A DNA stretch of 64,000 nucleotides, from assembly GCA_053919585.1 (NCBI GenBank), contig CM132812.1, one strand, 5' to 3'. Under the pieces are notes generated by a model, which searched no databases, was not told the DNA's origin, and saw nothing but the letters and a program-made list of their open reading frames with translations. Of this stretch, positions 34,323-48,900 are shown piece by piece; within the stretch, counting starts at the first letter, position 1, and each line of letters starts with the position of its first letter. A program made the position numbers and the translations under genes. This stretch comes from Euprymna scolopes. Taxonomy: Eukaryota.

Positions 34323-35242
34323 GATCCCACATAATTCGTAGGCAAGTTATCATTCTATAGTTGATTGAAGCACCACTTCCTCGTTGTCCTTTTTTTTAAA
34401 TGTAATTCTTTATTGGAATGTCTGTTCTGCACGAATATTTAATACAATCTCGTGAAATTATTAACAAGTATAACTACAGGGTGGTCAAAAAGTCAGGTAA
34501 CATGTTGCCTCGGAAGTGTTTGGTTTCAGTCGGTTCAGTTGGTCCGATTTTCTGTATTTAGTTTTCCTGCATTTGTGTTAGTAAAACCGACTGTCATTGA
34601 TTTTAGAGGCCATATATTGTTTACGCTCTTCAAATTTTTGTCTGTGGTATCTCAATTTCCTCTTCTTGGGAATTATCTTACGTTCTAGGTGTTCATGTTT
34701 ATTGTCTTTTTTCTTCTTTGCCAGCCATATTTTCCTCTTCCCTCATTTCTCGTTCTGTTCCTTTTTGACCTTACTTATCGCTTTATCTTCATTTTGTAGT
34801 TTCGTGACCTGGATTTGTATTTTGGTGCATTATTTTTTTCAGATTTAGTAGAAAGATATTTAATTTCATAATGTTTTTTTTTACCTTAATTTGTTTTTTT
34901 AACCCCCTACATAAAGTAGTTCCTTATCTCGAACGATTTATATAAAAAACTATTTAATTCTCACCTTTCGATTATCAAGTCTACTATTCGAGGCAGTCAC
35001 TTAGTTTCGACTGTGTGTATAATACAAATTTGTTTACTGTGTCAAAAAAAAAAAAAAAAAAAAAGAAGGGAAAATACAGTGATCCAAAAATTAAGTCAAT
35101 CATTTTTTTCTAAATAAAATAAATAAATCATAGTTTACTACACATCACAACTTCCGGTGCCAGTCTACAGATATATTACAGTATATAAATGTTCGAATGA
35201 ATTCAAAGTAAAACAAATAGTTCCTCATCTAATCATATATAT

Positions 35243-35281
<39 letters not shown>

Positions 35282-35808
35282 ATTTGAGTAAAATTATGTA
35301 CATTAAAACTTTACAACAAATTTATTGTTTAACAAGGAATATATAAAATTAATTTTTTTTTCCCTTAATCCATCTATTTTCAATGAATGGCACGTCTCAT
35401 CGGAGGAAATGTTTGAGCAAAATAAATATTAGTAATAAGTTGTCCTTTATAGAACATACATTGCAAATTAAATTTAAAATGATTGCATGGTTGAATGAAT
35501 AAAAATATAGGAACAATTGTAAAATCTAAAGTAATGAAGACTGGTATATTCAAGACTGAATTGTGAGTTGTTTTAAGGTACATTACAGGTTGCAAAAACA
35601 AGTTCTTTGACGTTCAAAATTACACATATGACATACTTTTATATTATTGATTTTTCTCGTATATTGAGTGTTTTTATCTGGTCGGAATTGTCTTATAAAT
35701 ATTGATACTAATATTTATATGGACTTTATCTTTAAAGTATTATACAATCTGTAATCTAAAAGCATGTAAAAGTTTCATTTATATATTTTATTTTATCTTA
35801 TTTGCTTA

Positions 35809-36243
35809 TTTTTTTTTACAAAGGAGACACCACTTATCAAGGGCCGAGGATAAGTGTTAATGAATATACAGCGGTTAAGGGGAACATGTTGTAGTCATAT
35901 TTTGTCGTGGAAAGTTGGTAAATTGGATTACTTAAGGGGATGGCTTATCAAGAATTTGTTAACGTTGGACTTGAAGACAACCATATTGTAGTCAGTTGGA
36001 AAACAACAGGAAAATGGAACAGAATTCCGCAGGCGTGCAGTTCTAAGAAAGAAGCTTTCATGGAATCTACGTTTAAGTTTAAGCACAGATAAAGACTGGG
36101 GTAAATTATTGATAATGGTTGCAGTTAGACGAGTGTTTTTCGTGAAAGTCAGGAGAAGGGGGGAGACCACAGATTGGAACTCAGATGAGCACTTGCCATG
36201 AAAATAACGATAAAGCAGAGGCCGGCTCGACACGTCTCTTCTA
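35809..36243 (-). mobile_element. 3' end of a CR1/L2-group LINE, same family as 17482-18527
   Basis: LLYRYFHGKCSSE...SFFLRTARLRNS.P...FPTDYNMVVFKSNVNKFL, shared 3' UTR (CACCACTTATCAAGG) and poly(A). Confidence 0.88.
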
Positions 36244-36929
36244 TATATATCGTTAGGTNNNNNNNNNNNNNNNNNNNNNNNNNNNNNNNNNNNNNNNNNN
36301 NNNNNNNNNNNNNNNNNNNNNNNNNNNNNNNNNNNNNNNNNNNNNNNNNNNNNNNNNNNNNNNNNNNNNNNNNNNNNNNNNNNNNNNNNNNNNNNNNNNN
36401 NNNNNNNNNNNNNNNNNNNNNNNNNNNNNNNNNNNNNNNNNNNNNNNNNNNNNNNNNNNNNNNNNNNNNNNNNNNNNNNNNNNNNNATGCTACGTTCTTA
36501 CATATATGTGCGTCCGCCTGCATAATAAGTTTTCACATTCATGTGTATTTTGCCGTTTTTTCAAAATACCTTTTCCAAACTCTCAGACACAATGCAGATT
36601 CTTCAACAGCTTTGATACAATTCTTCATATTTTGGTATATTGTCAGGAAACCATTTGTATATTCTTATATATTTTACTGTTTTTAAGAAAATTCTTGGAC
36701 GTTTTCTTGTATAAATTGAAACCGTTTTAATGACATTCTTAATACGACCACGTATAGCTTGGCATATTTCAGCCACTGTGTTACTAAGTTCTTGTATATT
36801 CCGTAATCTTCTTGCTTGTATATAATCGTATATTGCAATCTTATTTCAAGATTCTTGTTTCTATTTCTATATAAAAAAAAAACGATCATCCAAGCCAATC
36901 TATGAGCCACCGAATCGATACAACGTATC

Positions 36930-39900
36930 ATCGAGTGGGTATCTCGTTTCTTCCTCGGTGCTCTGGCTACGATGTGATGAAATTGGATTTCGCTGTTAGT
37001 TGGGTTCACTTCCGACATTTGATAGATATTTATTAGCCTTAAAAAGTGTGATTGGGTGGGTATCCCATTCCATCTTCTGTGCGCTGGCTCCGATGAGATG
37101 AAATTGGATTCTGTTCTTAGTTGGGTTCACTTCCGACATTTGATAGATATTTATTAGTCTTAAAAAGTGTGATTGGGTGGGTATCCCATTCCATCTTCTG
37201 TGCGCTGGCTCCGATGAGATGAAATTGGATTCTGTTCTTAGTTGGGTTCACTTCCGACATTTGATAGATATTTATTAGCCTTAAAAAGTGTGATTGGGTG
37301 GGTATCCCATTCCATCTTCTGTGCGCTGGCTCCGATGAGATGAAATTGGATTCTGTTCTTAGTTGGGTTCACTTCCGACATTTGATAGATATTTATTAGC
37401 CTTAAAAAGTGTGATTGGGTGGGTATCCCATTCCATCTTCTGTGCGCTGGCTCCGATGAGATGAAATTGGATTCTGTTCTTAGTTGGGTTCACTTCCGAC
37501 ATTTGATAGATATTTATTAGCCTTAAAAAGTGTGATTGGGTGGGTATCCCATTCCATCTTCTGTGCGCTGGCTCCGATGAGATGAAATTGGATTCTGTTC
37601 TTAGTTGGGTTCACTTCCGACATTTGATAGATATTTATTAGCCTTAAAAAGTGTGATTGGGTGGGTATCCCATTCCATCTTCTGTGCGCTGGCTCCGATG
37701 AGATGAAATTGGATTCTGTTCTTAGTTGGGTTCACTTCCGACATTTGATAGATATTTATTAGTCTTAAAAAGTGTGATTGGGTGGGTATCCCATTCCATC
37801 TTCTGTGCGCTGGCTCCGATGTGATGAAATTGGATTCTGTTCTTAGTTGGGTTCACTTCCGACATTTGATAGATATTTATTAGCCTTAAAAAGTGTGATT
37901 GGGTGGGTATCCCATTCCATCTTCTGTGCGCTGGCTCCGATGAGATGAAATTGGATTCTGTTCTTAGTTGGGTTCACTTCCGACATTTGATAGATATTTA
38001 TTAGCCTTAAAAAGTGTGATTGGGTGGGTATCCCATTCCATCTTCTGTGCGCTGGCTCCGATGAGATGAAATTGGATTCTGTTCTTAGTTGGGTTCACTT
38101 CCGACATTTGATAGATATTTATTAGCCTTAAAAAGTGTGATTGGGTGGGTATCCCATTCCATCTTCTGTGCGCTGGCTCCGATGAGATGAAATTGGATTC
38201 TGTTCTTAGTTGGGTTCACTTCCGACATTTGATAGATATTTATTAGCCTTAAAAAGTGTGATTGGGTGGGTATCCCATTCCATCTTCTGTGCGCTGGCTC
38301 CGATGAGATGAAATTGGATTCTGTTCTTAGTTGGGTTCACTTCCGACATTTGATAGATATTTATTAGCCTTAAAAAGTGTGATTGGGTGGGTATCCCATT
38401 CCATCTTCTGTGCGCTGGCTCCGATGAGATGAAATTGGATTCTGTTCTTAGTTGGGTTCACTTCCGACATTTGATAGATATTTATTAGCCTTAAAAAGTG
38501 TGATTGGGTGGGTATCCCATTCCATCTTCTGTGCGCTGGCTCCGATGAGATGAAATTGGATTCTGTTCTTAGTTGGGTTCACTTCCGACATTTGATAGAT
38601 ATTTATTAGCCTTAAAAAGTGTGATTGGGTGGGTATCCCATTCCATCTTCTGTGCGCTGGCTCCGATGAGATGAAATTGGATTCTGTTCTTAGTTGGGTT
38701 CACTTCCGACATTTGATAGATATTTATTAGCCTTAAAAAGTGTGATTGGGTGGGTATCCCATTCCATCTTCTGTGCGCTGGCTCCGATGAGATGAAATTG
38801 GATTCTGTTCTTAGTTGGGTTCACTTCCGACATTTGATAGATATTTATTAGTCTTAAAAAGTGTGATTGGGTGGGTATCCCATTCCATCTTCTGTGCGCT
38901 GGCTCCGATGTGATGAAATTGGATTCTGTTCTTAGTTGGGTTCACTTCCGACATTTGATAGATATTTATTAGTCTTAAAAAGTGTGATTGGGTGGGTATC
39001 CCATTCCATCTTCTGTGCGCTGGCTCCGATGAGATGAAATTGGATTCTGTTCTTAGTTGGGTTCACTTCCGACATTTGATAGATATTTATTAGCCTTAAA
39101 AAGTGTGATTGGGTGGGTATCCCATTCCATCTTCTGTGCGCTGGCTCCGATGTGATGAAATTGGATTCTGTTCTTAGTTGGGTTCACTTCCGACATTTGA
39201 TAGATATTTATTAGCCTTAAAAAGTGTGATTGGGTGGGTATCCCATTCCATCTTCTGTGCGCTGGCTCCGATGTGATGAAATTGGATTCTGTTCTTAGTT
39301 GGGTTCACTTCCGACATTTGATAGATATTTATTAGTCTTAAAAAGTGTGATTGGGTGGGTATCCCATTCCATCTTCTGTGCGCTGGCTCCGATGAGATGA
39401 AATTGGATTCTGTTCTTAGTTGGGTTCACTTCCGACATTTGATAGATATTTATTAGCCTTAAAAAGTGTGATTGGGTGGGTATCCCATTCCATCTTCTGT
39501 GCGCTGGCTCCGATGTGATGAAATTGGATTCTGTTCTTAGTTGGGTTCACTTCCGACATTTGATAGATATTTATTAGCCTTAAAAAGTGTGATTGGGTGG
39601 GTATCCCATTCCATCTTCTGTGCGCTGGCTCCGATGTGATGAAATTGGATTCTGTTCTTAGTTGGGTTCACTTCCGACATTTGATAGATATTTATTAGCC
39701 TTAAAAAGTGTGATTGGGTGGGTATCCCATTCCATCTTCTGTGCGCTGGCTCCGATGTGATGAAATTGGATTCTGTTCTTAGTTGGGTTCACTTCCGACA
39801 TTTGATAGATATTTATTAGCCTTAAAAAGTGTGATTGGGTGGGTATCCCATTCCATCTTCTGTGCGCTGGCTCCGATGTGATGAAATTGGATTCTGTTCT

Positions 39901-42900
39901 TAGTTGGGTTCACTTCCGACATTTGATAGATATTTATTAGCCTTAAAAAGTGTGATTGGGTGGGTATCCCATTCCATCTTCTGTGCGCTGGCTCCGATGT
40001 GATGAAATTGGATTCTGTTCTTAGTTGGGTTCACTTCCGACATTTGATAGATATTTATTAGCCTTAAAAAGTGTGATTGGGTGGGTATCCCATTCCATCT
40101 TCTGTGCGCTGGCTCCGATGTGATGAAATTGGATTCTGTTCTTAGTTGGGTTCACTTCCGACATTTGATAGATATTTATTAGTCTTAAAAAGTGTGATTG
40201 GGTGGGTATCCCATTCCATCTTCTGTGCGCTGGCTCCGATGTGATGAAATTGGATTCTGTTCTTAGTTGGGTTCACTTCCGACATTTGATAGATATTTAT
40301 TAGCCTTAAAAAGTGTGATTGGGTGGGTATCCCATTCCATCTTCTGTGCGCTGGCTCCGATGTGATGAAATTGGATTCTGTTCTTAGTTGGGTTCACTTC
40401 CGACATTTGATAGATATTTATTAGCCTTAAAAAGTGTGATTGGGTGGGTATCCCATTCCATCTTCTGTGCGCTGGCTCCGATGTGATGAAATTGGATTCT
40501 GTTCTTAGTTGGGTTCACTTCCGACATTTGATAGATATTTATTAGCCTTAAAAAGTGTGATTGGGTGGGTATCCCATTCCATCTTCTGTGCGCTGGCTCC
40601 GATGTGATGAAATTGGATTCTGTTCTTAGTTGGGTTCACTTCCGACATTTGATAGATATTTATTAGCCTTAAAAAGTGTGATTGGGTGGGTATCCCATTC
40701 CATCTTCTGTGCGCTGGCTCCGATGTGATGAAATTGGATTCTGTTCTTAGTTGGGTTCACTTCCGACATTTGATAGATATTTATTAGCCTTAAAAAGTGT
40801 GATTGGGTGGGTATCCCATTCCATCTTCTGTGCGCTGGCTCCGATGAGATGAAATTGGATTCTGTTCTTAGTTGGGTTCACTTCCGACATTTGATAGATA
40901 TTTATTAGCCTTAAAAAGTGTGATTGGGTGGGTATCCCATTCCATCTTCTGTGCGCTGGCTCCGATGTGATGAAATTGGATTCTGTTCTTAGTTGGGTTC
41001 ACTTCCGACATTTGATAGATATTTATTAGCCTTAAAAAGTGTGATTGGGTGGGTATCCCATTCCATCTTCTGTGCGCTGGCTCCGATGTGATGAAATTGG
41101 ATTCTGTTCTTAGTTGGGTTCACTTCCGACATTTGATAGATATTTATTAGCCTTAAAAAGTGTGATTGGGTGGGTATCCCATTCCATCTTCTGTGCGCTG
41201 GCTCCGATGTGATGAAATTGGATTCTGTTCTTAGTTGGGTTCACTTCCGACATTTGATAGATATTTATTAGCCTTAAAAAGTGTGATTGGGTGGGTATCC
41301 CATTCCATCTTCTGTGCGCTGGCTCCGATGTGATGAAATTGGATTCTGTTCTTAGTTGGGTTCACTTCCGACATTTGATAGATATTTATTAGCCTTAAAA
41401 AGTGTGATTGGGTGGGTATCCCATTCCATCTTCTGTGCGCTGGCTCCGATGTGATGAAATTGGATTCTGTTCTTAGTTGGGTTCACTTCCGACATTTGAT
41501 AGATATTTATTAGCCTTAAAAAGTGTGATTGGGTGGGTATCCCATTCCATCTTCTGTGCGCTGGCTCCGATTAGATGAAATTGGATTCTGTTCTTAGTTG
41601 GGTTCACTTCCGACATTTGATAGATATTTATTAGCCTTAAAAAGTGTGATTGGGTGGGTATCCCATTCCATCTTCTGTGCGCTGGCTCCGATGTGATGAA
41701 ATTGGATTCTGTTCTTAGTTGGGTTCACTTCCGACATTTGATAGATATTTATTAGCCTTAAAAAGTGTGATTGGGTGGGTATCCCATTCCATCTTCTGTG
41801 CGCTGGCTCCGATGAGATGAAATTGGATTCTGTTCTTAGTTGGGTTCACTTCCGACATTTGATAGATATTTATTAGTCTTAAAAAGTGTGATTGGGTGGG
41901 TATCCCATTCCATCTTCTGTGCGCTGGCTCCGATGAGATGAAATTGGATTCTGTTCTTAGTTGGGTTCACTTCCGACATTTGATAGATATTTATTAGCCT
42001 TAAAAAGTGTGATTGGGTGGGTATCCCATTCCATCTTCTGTGCGCTGGCTCCGATGTGATGAAATTGGATTCTGTTCTTAGTTGGGTTCACTTCCGACAT
42101 TTGATAGATATTTATTAGCCTTAAAAAGTGTGATTGGGTGGGTATCCCATTCCATCTTCTGTGCGCTGGCTCCGATGTGATGAAATTGGATTCTGTTCTT
42201 AGTTGGGTTCACTTCCGACATTTGATAGATATTTATTAGTCTTAAAAAGTGTGATTGGGTGGGTATCCCATTCCATCTTCTGTGCGCTGGCTCCGATGAG
42301 ATGAAATTGGATTCTGTTCTTAGTTGGGTTCACTTCCGACATTTGATAGATATTTATTAGCCTTAAAAAGTGTGATTGGGTGGGTATCCCATTCCATCTT
42401 CTGTGCGCTGGCTCCGATGTGATGAAATTGGATTCTGTTCTTAGTTGGGTTCACTTCCGACATTTGATAGATATTTATTAGCCTTAAAAAGTGTGATTGG
42501 GTGGGTATCCCATTCCATCTTCTGTGCGCTGGCTCCGATGTGATGAAATTGGATTCTGTTCTTAGTTGGGTTCACTTCCGACATTTGATAGATATTTATT
42601 AGCCTTAAAAAGTGTGATTGGGTGGGTATCCCATTCCATCTTCTGTGCGCTGGCTCCGATGTGATGAAATTGGATTCTGTTCTTAGTTGGGTTCACTTCC
42701 GACATTTGATAGATATTTATTAGCCTTAAAAAGTGTGATTGGGTGGGTATCCCATTCCATCTTCTGTGCGCTGGCTCCGATGTGATGAAATTGGATTCTG
42801 TTCTTAGTTGGGTTCACTTCCGACATTTGATAGATATTTATTAGCCTTAAAAAGTGTGATTGGGTGGGTATCCCATTCCATCTTCTGTGCGCTGGCTCCG

Positions 42901-45900
42901 ATGTGATGAAATTGGATTCTGTTCTTAGTTGGGTTCACTTCCGACATTTGATAGATATTTATTAGTCTTAAAAAGTGTGATTGGGTGGGTATCCCATTCC
43001 ATCTTCTGTGCGCTGGCTCCGATGAGATGAAATTGGATTCTGTTCTTAGTTGGGTTCACTTCCGACATTTGATAGATATTTATTAGCCTTAAAAAGTGTG
43101 ATTGGGTGGGTATCCCATTCCATCTTCTGTGCGCTGGCTCCGATGAGATGAAATTGGATTCTGTTCTTAGTTGGGTTCACTTCCGACATTTGATAGATAT
43201 TTATTAGTCTTAAAAAGTGTGATTGGGTGGGTATCCCATTCCATCTTCTGTGCGCTGGCTCCGATGTGATGAAATTGGATTCTGTTCTTAGTTGGGTTCA
43301 CTTCCGACATTTGATAGATATTTATTAGCCTTAAAAAGTGTGATTGGGTGGGTATCCCATTCCATCTTCTGTGCGCTGGCTCCGATGAGATGAAATTGGA
43401 TTCTGTTCTTAGTTGGGTTCACTTCCGACATTTGATAGATATTTATTAGTCTTAAAAAGTGTGATTGGGTGGGTATCCCATTCCATCTTCTGTGCGCTGG
43501 CTCCGATGTGATGAAATTGGATTCTGTTCTTAGTTGGGTTCACTTCCGACATTTGATAGATATTTATTAGCCTTAAAAAGTGTGATTGGGTGGGTATCCC
43601 ATTCCATCTTCTGTGCGCTGGCTCCGATGTGATGAAATTGGATTCTGTTCTTAGTTGGGTTCACTTCCGACATTTGATAGATATTTATTAGCCTTAAAAA
43701 GTGTGATTGGGTGGGTATCCCATTCCATCTTCTGTGCGCTGGCTCCGATGTGATGAAATTGGATTCTGTTCTTAGTTGGGTTCACTTCCGACATTTGATA
43801 GATATTTATTAGCCTTAAAAAGTGTGATTGGGTGGGTATCCCATTCCATCTTCTGTGCGCTGGCTCCGATGTGATGAAATTGGATTCTGTTCTTAGTTGG
43901 GTTCACTTCCGACATTTGATAGATATTTATTAGTCTTAAAAAGTGTGATTGGGTGGGTATCCCATTCCATCTTCTGTGCGCTGGCTCCGATGAGATGAAA
44001 TTGGATTCTGTTCTTAGTTGGGTTCACTTCCGACATTTGATAGATATTTATTAGTCTTAAAAAGTGTGATTGGGTGGGTATCCCATTCCATCTTCTGTGC
44101 GCTGGCTCCGATGAGATGAAATTGGATTCTGTTCTTAGTTGGGTTCACTTCCGACATTTGATAGATATTTATTAGCCTTAAAAAGTGTGATTGGGTGGGT
44201 ATCCCATTCCATCTTCTGTGCGCTGGCTCCGATGAGATGAAATTGGATTCTGTTCTTAGTTGGGTTCACTTCCGACATTTGATAGATATTTATTAGCCTT
44301 AAAAAGTGTGATTGGGTGGGTATCCCATTCCATCTTCTGTGCGCTGGCTCCGATGTGATGAAATTGGATTCTGTTCTTAGTTGGGTTCACTTCCGACATT
44401 TGATAGATATTTATTAGCCTTAAAAAGTGTGATTGGGTGGGTATCCCATTCCATCTTCTGTGCGCTGGCTCCGATGTGATGAAATTGGATTCTGTTCTTA
44501 GTTGGGTTCACTTCCGACATTTGATAGATATTTATTAGTCTTAAAAAGTGTGATTGGGTGGGTATCCCATTCCATCTTCTGTGCGCTGGCTCCGATGTGA
44601 TGAAATTGGATTCTGTTCTTAGTTGGGTTCACTTCCGACATTTGATAGATATTTATTAGTCTTAAAAAGTGTGATTGGGTGGGTATCCCATTCCATCTTC
44701 TGTGCGCTGGCTCCGATGAGATGAAATTGGATTCTGTTCTTAGTTGGGTTCACTTCCGACATTTGATAGATATTTATTAGTCTTAAAAAGTGTGATTGGG
44801 TGGGTATCCCATTCCATCTTCTGTGCGCTGGCTCCGATGTGATGAAATTGGATTCTGTTCTTAGTTGGGTTCACTTCCGACATTTGATAGATATTTATTA
44901 GCCTTAAAAAGTGTGATTGGGTGGGTATCCCATTCCATCTTCTGTGCGCTGGCTCCGATGTGATGAAATTGGATTCTGTTCTTAGTTGGGTTCACTTCCG
45001 ACATTTGATAGATATTTATTAGCCTTAAAAAGTGTGATTGGGTGGGTATCCCATTCCATCTTCTGTGCGCTGGCTCCGATGTGATGAAATTGGATTCTGT
45101 TCTTAGTTGGGTTCACTTCCGACATTTGATAGATATTTATTAGCCTTAAAAAGTGTGATTGGGTGGGTATCCCATTCCATCTTCTGTGCGCTGGCTCCGA
45201 TGTGATGAAATTGGATTCTGTTCTTAGTTGGGTTCACTTCCGACATTTGATAGATATTTATTAGCCTTAAAAAGTGTGATTGGGTGGGTATCCCATTCCA
45301 TCTTCTGTGCGCTGGCTCCGATGTGATGAAATTGGATTCTGTTCTTAGTTGGGTTCACTTCCGACATTTGATAGATATTTATTAGCCTTAAAAAGTGTGA
45401 TTGGGTGGGTATCCCATTCCATCTTCTGTGCGCTGGCTCCGATGTGATGAAATTGGATTCTGTTCTTAGTTGGGTTCACTTCCGACATTTGATAGATATT
45501 TATTAGTCTTAAAAAGTGTGATTGGGTGGGTATCCCATTCCATCTTCTGTGCGCTGGCTCCGATGAGATGAAATTGGATTCTGTTCTTAGTTGGGTTCAC
45601 TTCCGACATTTGATAGATATTTATTAGTCTTAAAAAGTGTGATTGGGTGGGTATCCCATTCCATCTTCTGTGCGCTGGCTCCGATGTGATGAAATTGGAT
45701 TCTGTTCTTAGTTGGGTTCACTTCCGACATTTGATAGATATTTATTAGTCTTAAAAAGTGTGATTGGGTGGGTATCCCATTCCATCTTCTGTGCGCTGGC
45801 TCCGATGAGATGAAATTGGATTCTGTTCTTAGTTGGGTTCACTTCCGACATTTGATAGATATTTATTAGCCTTAAAAAGTGTGATTGGGTGGGTATCCCA

Positions 45901-48900
45901 TTCCATCTTCTGTGCGCTGGCTCCGATGTGATGAAATTGGATTCTGTTCTTAGTTGGGTTCACTTCCGACATTTGATAGATATTTATTAGCCTTAAAAAG
46001 TGTGATTGGGTGGGTATCCCATTCCATCTTCTGTGCGCTGGCTCCGATGTGATGAAATTGGATTCTGTTCTTAGTTGGGTTCACTTCCGACATTTGATAG
46101 ATATTTATTAGCCTTAAAAAGTGTGATTGGGTGGGTATCCCATTCCATCTTCTGTGCGCTGGCTCCGATGTGATGAAATTGGATTCTGTTCTTAGTTGGG
46201 TTCACTTCCGACATTTGATAGATATTTATTAGCCTTAAAAAGTGTGATTGGGTGGGTATCCCATTCCATCTTCTGTGCGCTGGCTCCGATGTGATGAAAT
46301 TGGATTCTGTTCTTAGTTGGGTTCACTTCCGACATTTGATAGATATTTATTAGCCTTAAAAAGTGTGATTGGGTGGGTATCCCATTCCATCTTCTGTGCG
46401 CTGGCTCCGATGTGATGAAATTGGATTCTGTTCTTAGTTGGGTTCACTTCCGACATTTGATAGATATTTATTAGTCTTAAAAAGTGTGATTGGGTGGGTA
46501 TCCCATTCCATCTTCTGTGCGCTGGCTCCGATGTGATGAAATTGGATTCTGTTCTTAGTTGGGTTCACTTCCGACATTTGATAGATATTTATTAGTCTTA
46601 AAAAGTGTGATTGGGTGGGTATCCCATTCCATCTTCTGTGCGCTGGCTCCGATGAGATGAAATTGGATTCTGTTCTTAGTTGGGTTCACTTCCGACATTT
46701 GATAGATATTTATTAGCCTTAAAAAGTGTGATTGGGTGGGTATCCCATTCCATCTTCTGTGCGCTGGCTCCGATGTGATGAAATTGGATTCTGTTCTTAG
46801 TTGGGTTCACTTCCGACATTTGATAGATATTTATTAGCCTTAAAAAGTGTGATTGGGTGGGTATCCCATTCCATCTTCTGTGCGCTGGCTCCGATGTGAT
46901 GAAATTGGATTCTGTTCTTAGTTGGGTTCACTTCCGACATTTGATAGATATTTATTAGTCTTAAAAAGTGTGATTGGGTGGGTATCCCATTCCATCTTCT
47001 GTGCGCTGGCTCCGATGTGATGAAATTGGATTCTGTTCTTAGTTGGGTTCACTTCCGACATTTGATAGATATTTATTAGCCTTAAAAAGTGTGATTGGGT
47101 GGGTATCCCATTCCATCTTCTGTGCGCTGGCTCCGATGAGATGAAATTGGATTCTGTTCTTAGTTGGGTTCACTTCCGACATTTGATAGATATTTATTAG
47201 TCTTAAAAAGTGTGATTGGGTGGGTATCCCATTCCATCTTCTGTGCGCTGGCTCCGATGTGATGAAATTGGATTCTGTTCTTAGTTGGGTTCACTTCCGA
47301 CATTTGATAGATATTTATTAGTCTTAAAAAGTGTGATTGGGTGGGTATCCCATTCCATCTTCTGTGCGCTGGCTCCGATGTGATGAAATTGGATTCTGTT
47401 CTTAGTTGGGTTCACTTCCGACATTTGATAGATATTTATTAGCCTTAAAAAGTGTGATTGGGTGGGTATCCCATTCCATCTTCTGTGCGCTGGCTCCGAT
47501 GAGATGAAATTGGATTCTGTTCTTAGTTGGGTTCACTTCCGACATTTGATAGATATTTATTAGTCTTAAAAAGTGTGATTGGGTGGGTATCCCATTCCAT
47601 CTTCTGTGCGCTGGCTCCGATGTGATGAAATTGGATTCTGTTCTTAGTTGGGTTCACTTCCGACATTTGATAGATATTTATTAGTCTTAAAAAGTGTGAT
47701 TGGGTGGGTATCCCATTCCATCTTCTGTGCGCTGGCTCCGATGTGATGAAATTGGATTCTGTTCTTAGTTGGGTTCACTTCCGACATTTGATAGATATTT
47801 ATTAGCCTTAAAAAGTGTGATTGGGTGGGTATCCCATTCCATCTTCTGTGCGCTGGCTCCGATGTGATGAAATTGGATTCTGTTCTTAGTTGGGTTCACT
47901 TCCGACATTTGATAGATATTTATTAGTCTTAAAAAGTGTGATTGGGTGGGTATCCCATTCCATCTTCTGTGCGCTGGCTCCGATGTGATGAAATTGGATT
48001 CTGTTCTTAGTTGGGTTCACTTCCGACATTTGATAGATATTTATTAGCCTTAAAAAGTGTGATTGGGTGGGTATCCCATTCCATCTTCTGTGCGCTGGCT
48101 CCGATGAGATGAAATTGGATTCTGTTCTTAGTTGGGTTCACTTCCGACATTTGATAGATATTTATTAGTCTTAAAAAGTGTGATTGGGTGGGTATCCCAT
48201 TCCATCTTCTGTGCGCTGGCTCCGATGTGATGAAATTGGATTCTGTTCTTAGTTGGGTTCACTTCCGACATTTGATAGATATTTATTAGTCTTAAAAAGT
48301 GTGATTGGGTGGGTATCCCATTCCATCTTCTGTGCGCTGGCTCCGATGTGATGAAATTGGATTCTGTTCTTAGTTGGGTTCACTTCCGACATTTGATAGA
48401 TATTTATTAGCCTTAAAAAGTGTGATTGGGTGGGTATCCCATTCCATCTTCTGTGCGCTGGCTCCGATGAGATGAAATTGGATTCTGTTCTTAGTTGGGT
48501 TCACTTCCGACATTTGATAGATATTTATTAGTCTTAAAAAGTGTGATTGGGTGGGTATCCCATTCCATCTTCTGTGCGCTGGCTCCGATGTGATGAAATT
48601 GGATTCTGTTCTTAGTTGGGTTCACTTCCGACATTTGATAGATATTTATTAGTCTTAAAAAGTGTGATTGGGTGGGTATCCCATTCCATCTTCTGTGCGC
48701 TGGCTCCGATGTGATGAAATTGGATTCTGTTCTTAGTTGGGTTCACTTCCGACATTTGATAGATATTTATTAGCCTTAAAAAGTGTGATTGGGTGGGTAT
48801 CCCATTCCATCTTCTGTGCGCTGGCTCCGATGTGATGAAATTGGATTCTGTTCTTAGTTGGGTTCACTTCCGACATTTGATAGATATTTATTAGTCTTAA

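Noticed and set aside
34476-35100. Tc1/mariner TIR-like starts (TACAGGGTGGTC, TACAGTGATCC)
   Set aside because: I found no matching inverted partner or transposase sequence.
37085-37110. Hammerhead core in the satellite monomer (CCGATGAGATGAAA)
   Set aside because: It reads CCGA rather than CTGA, there is no stem II between GATGA and GAAA, and no stem I/III partners. Many monomers read GATGTGA.
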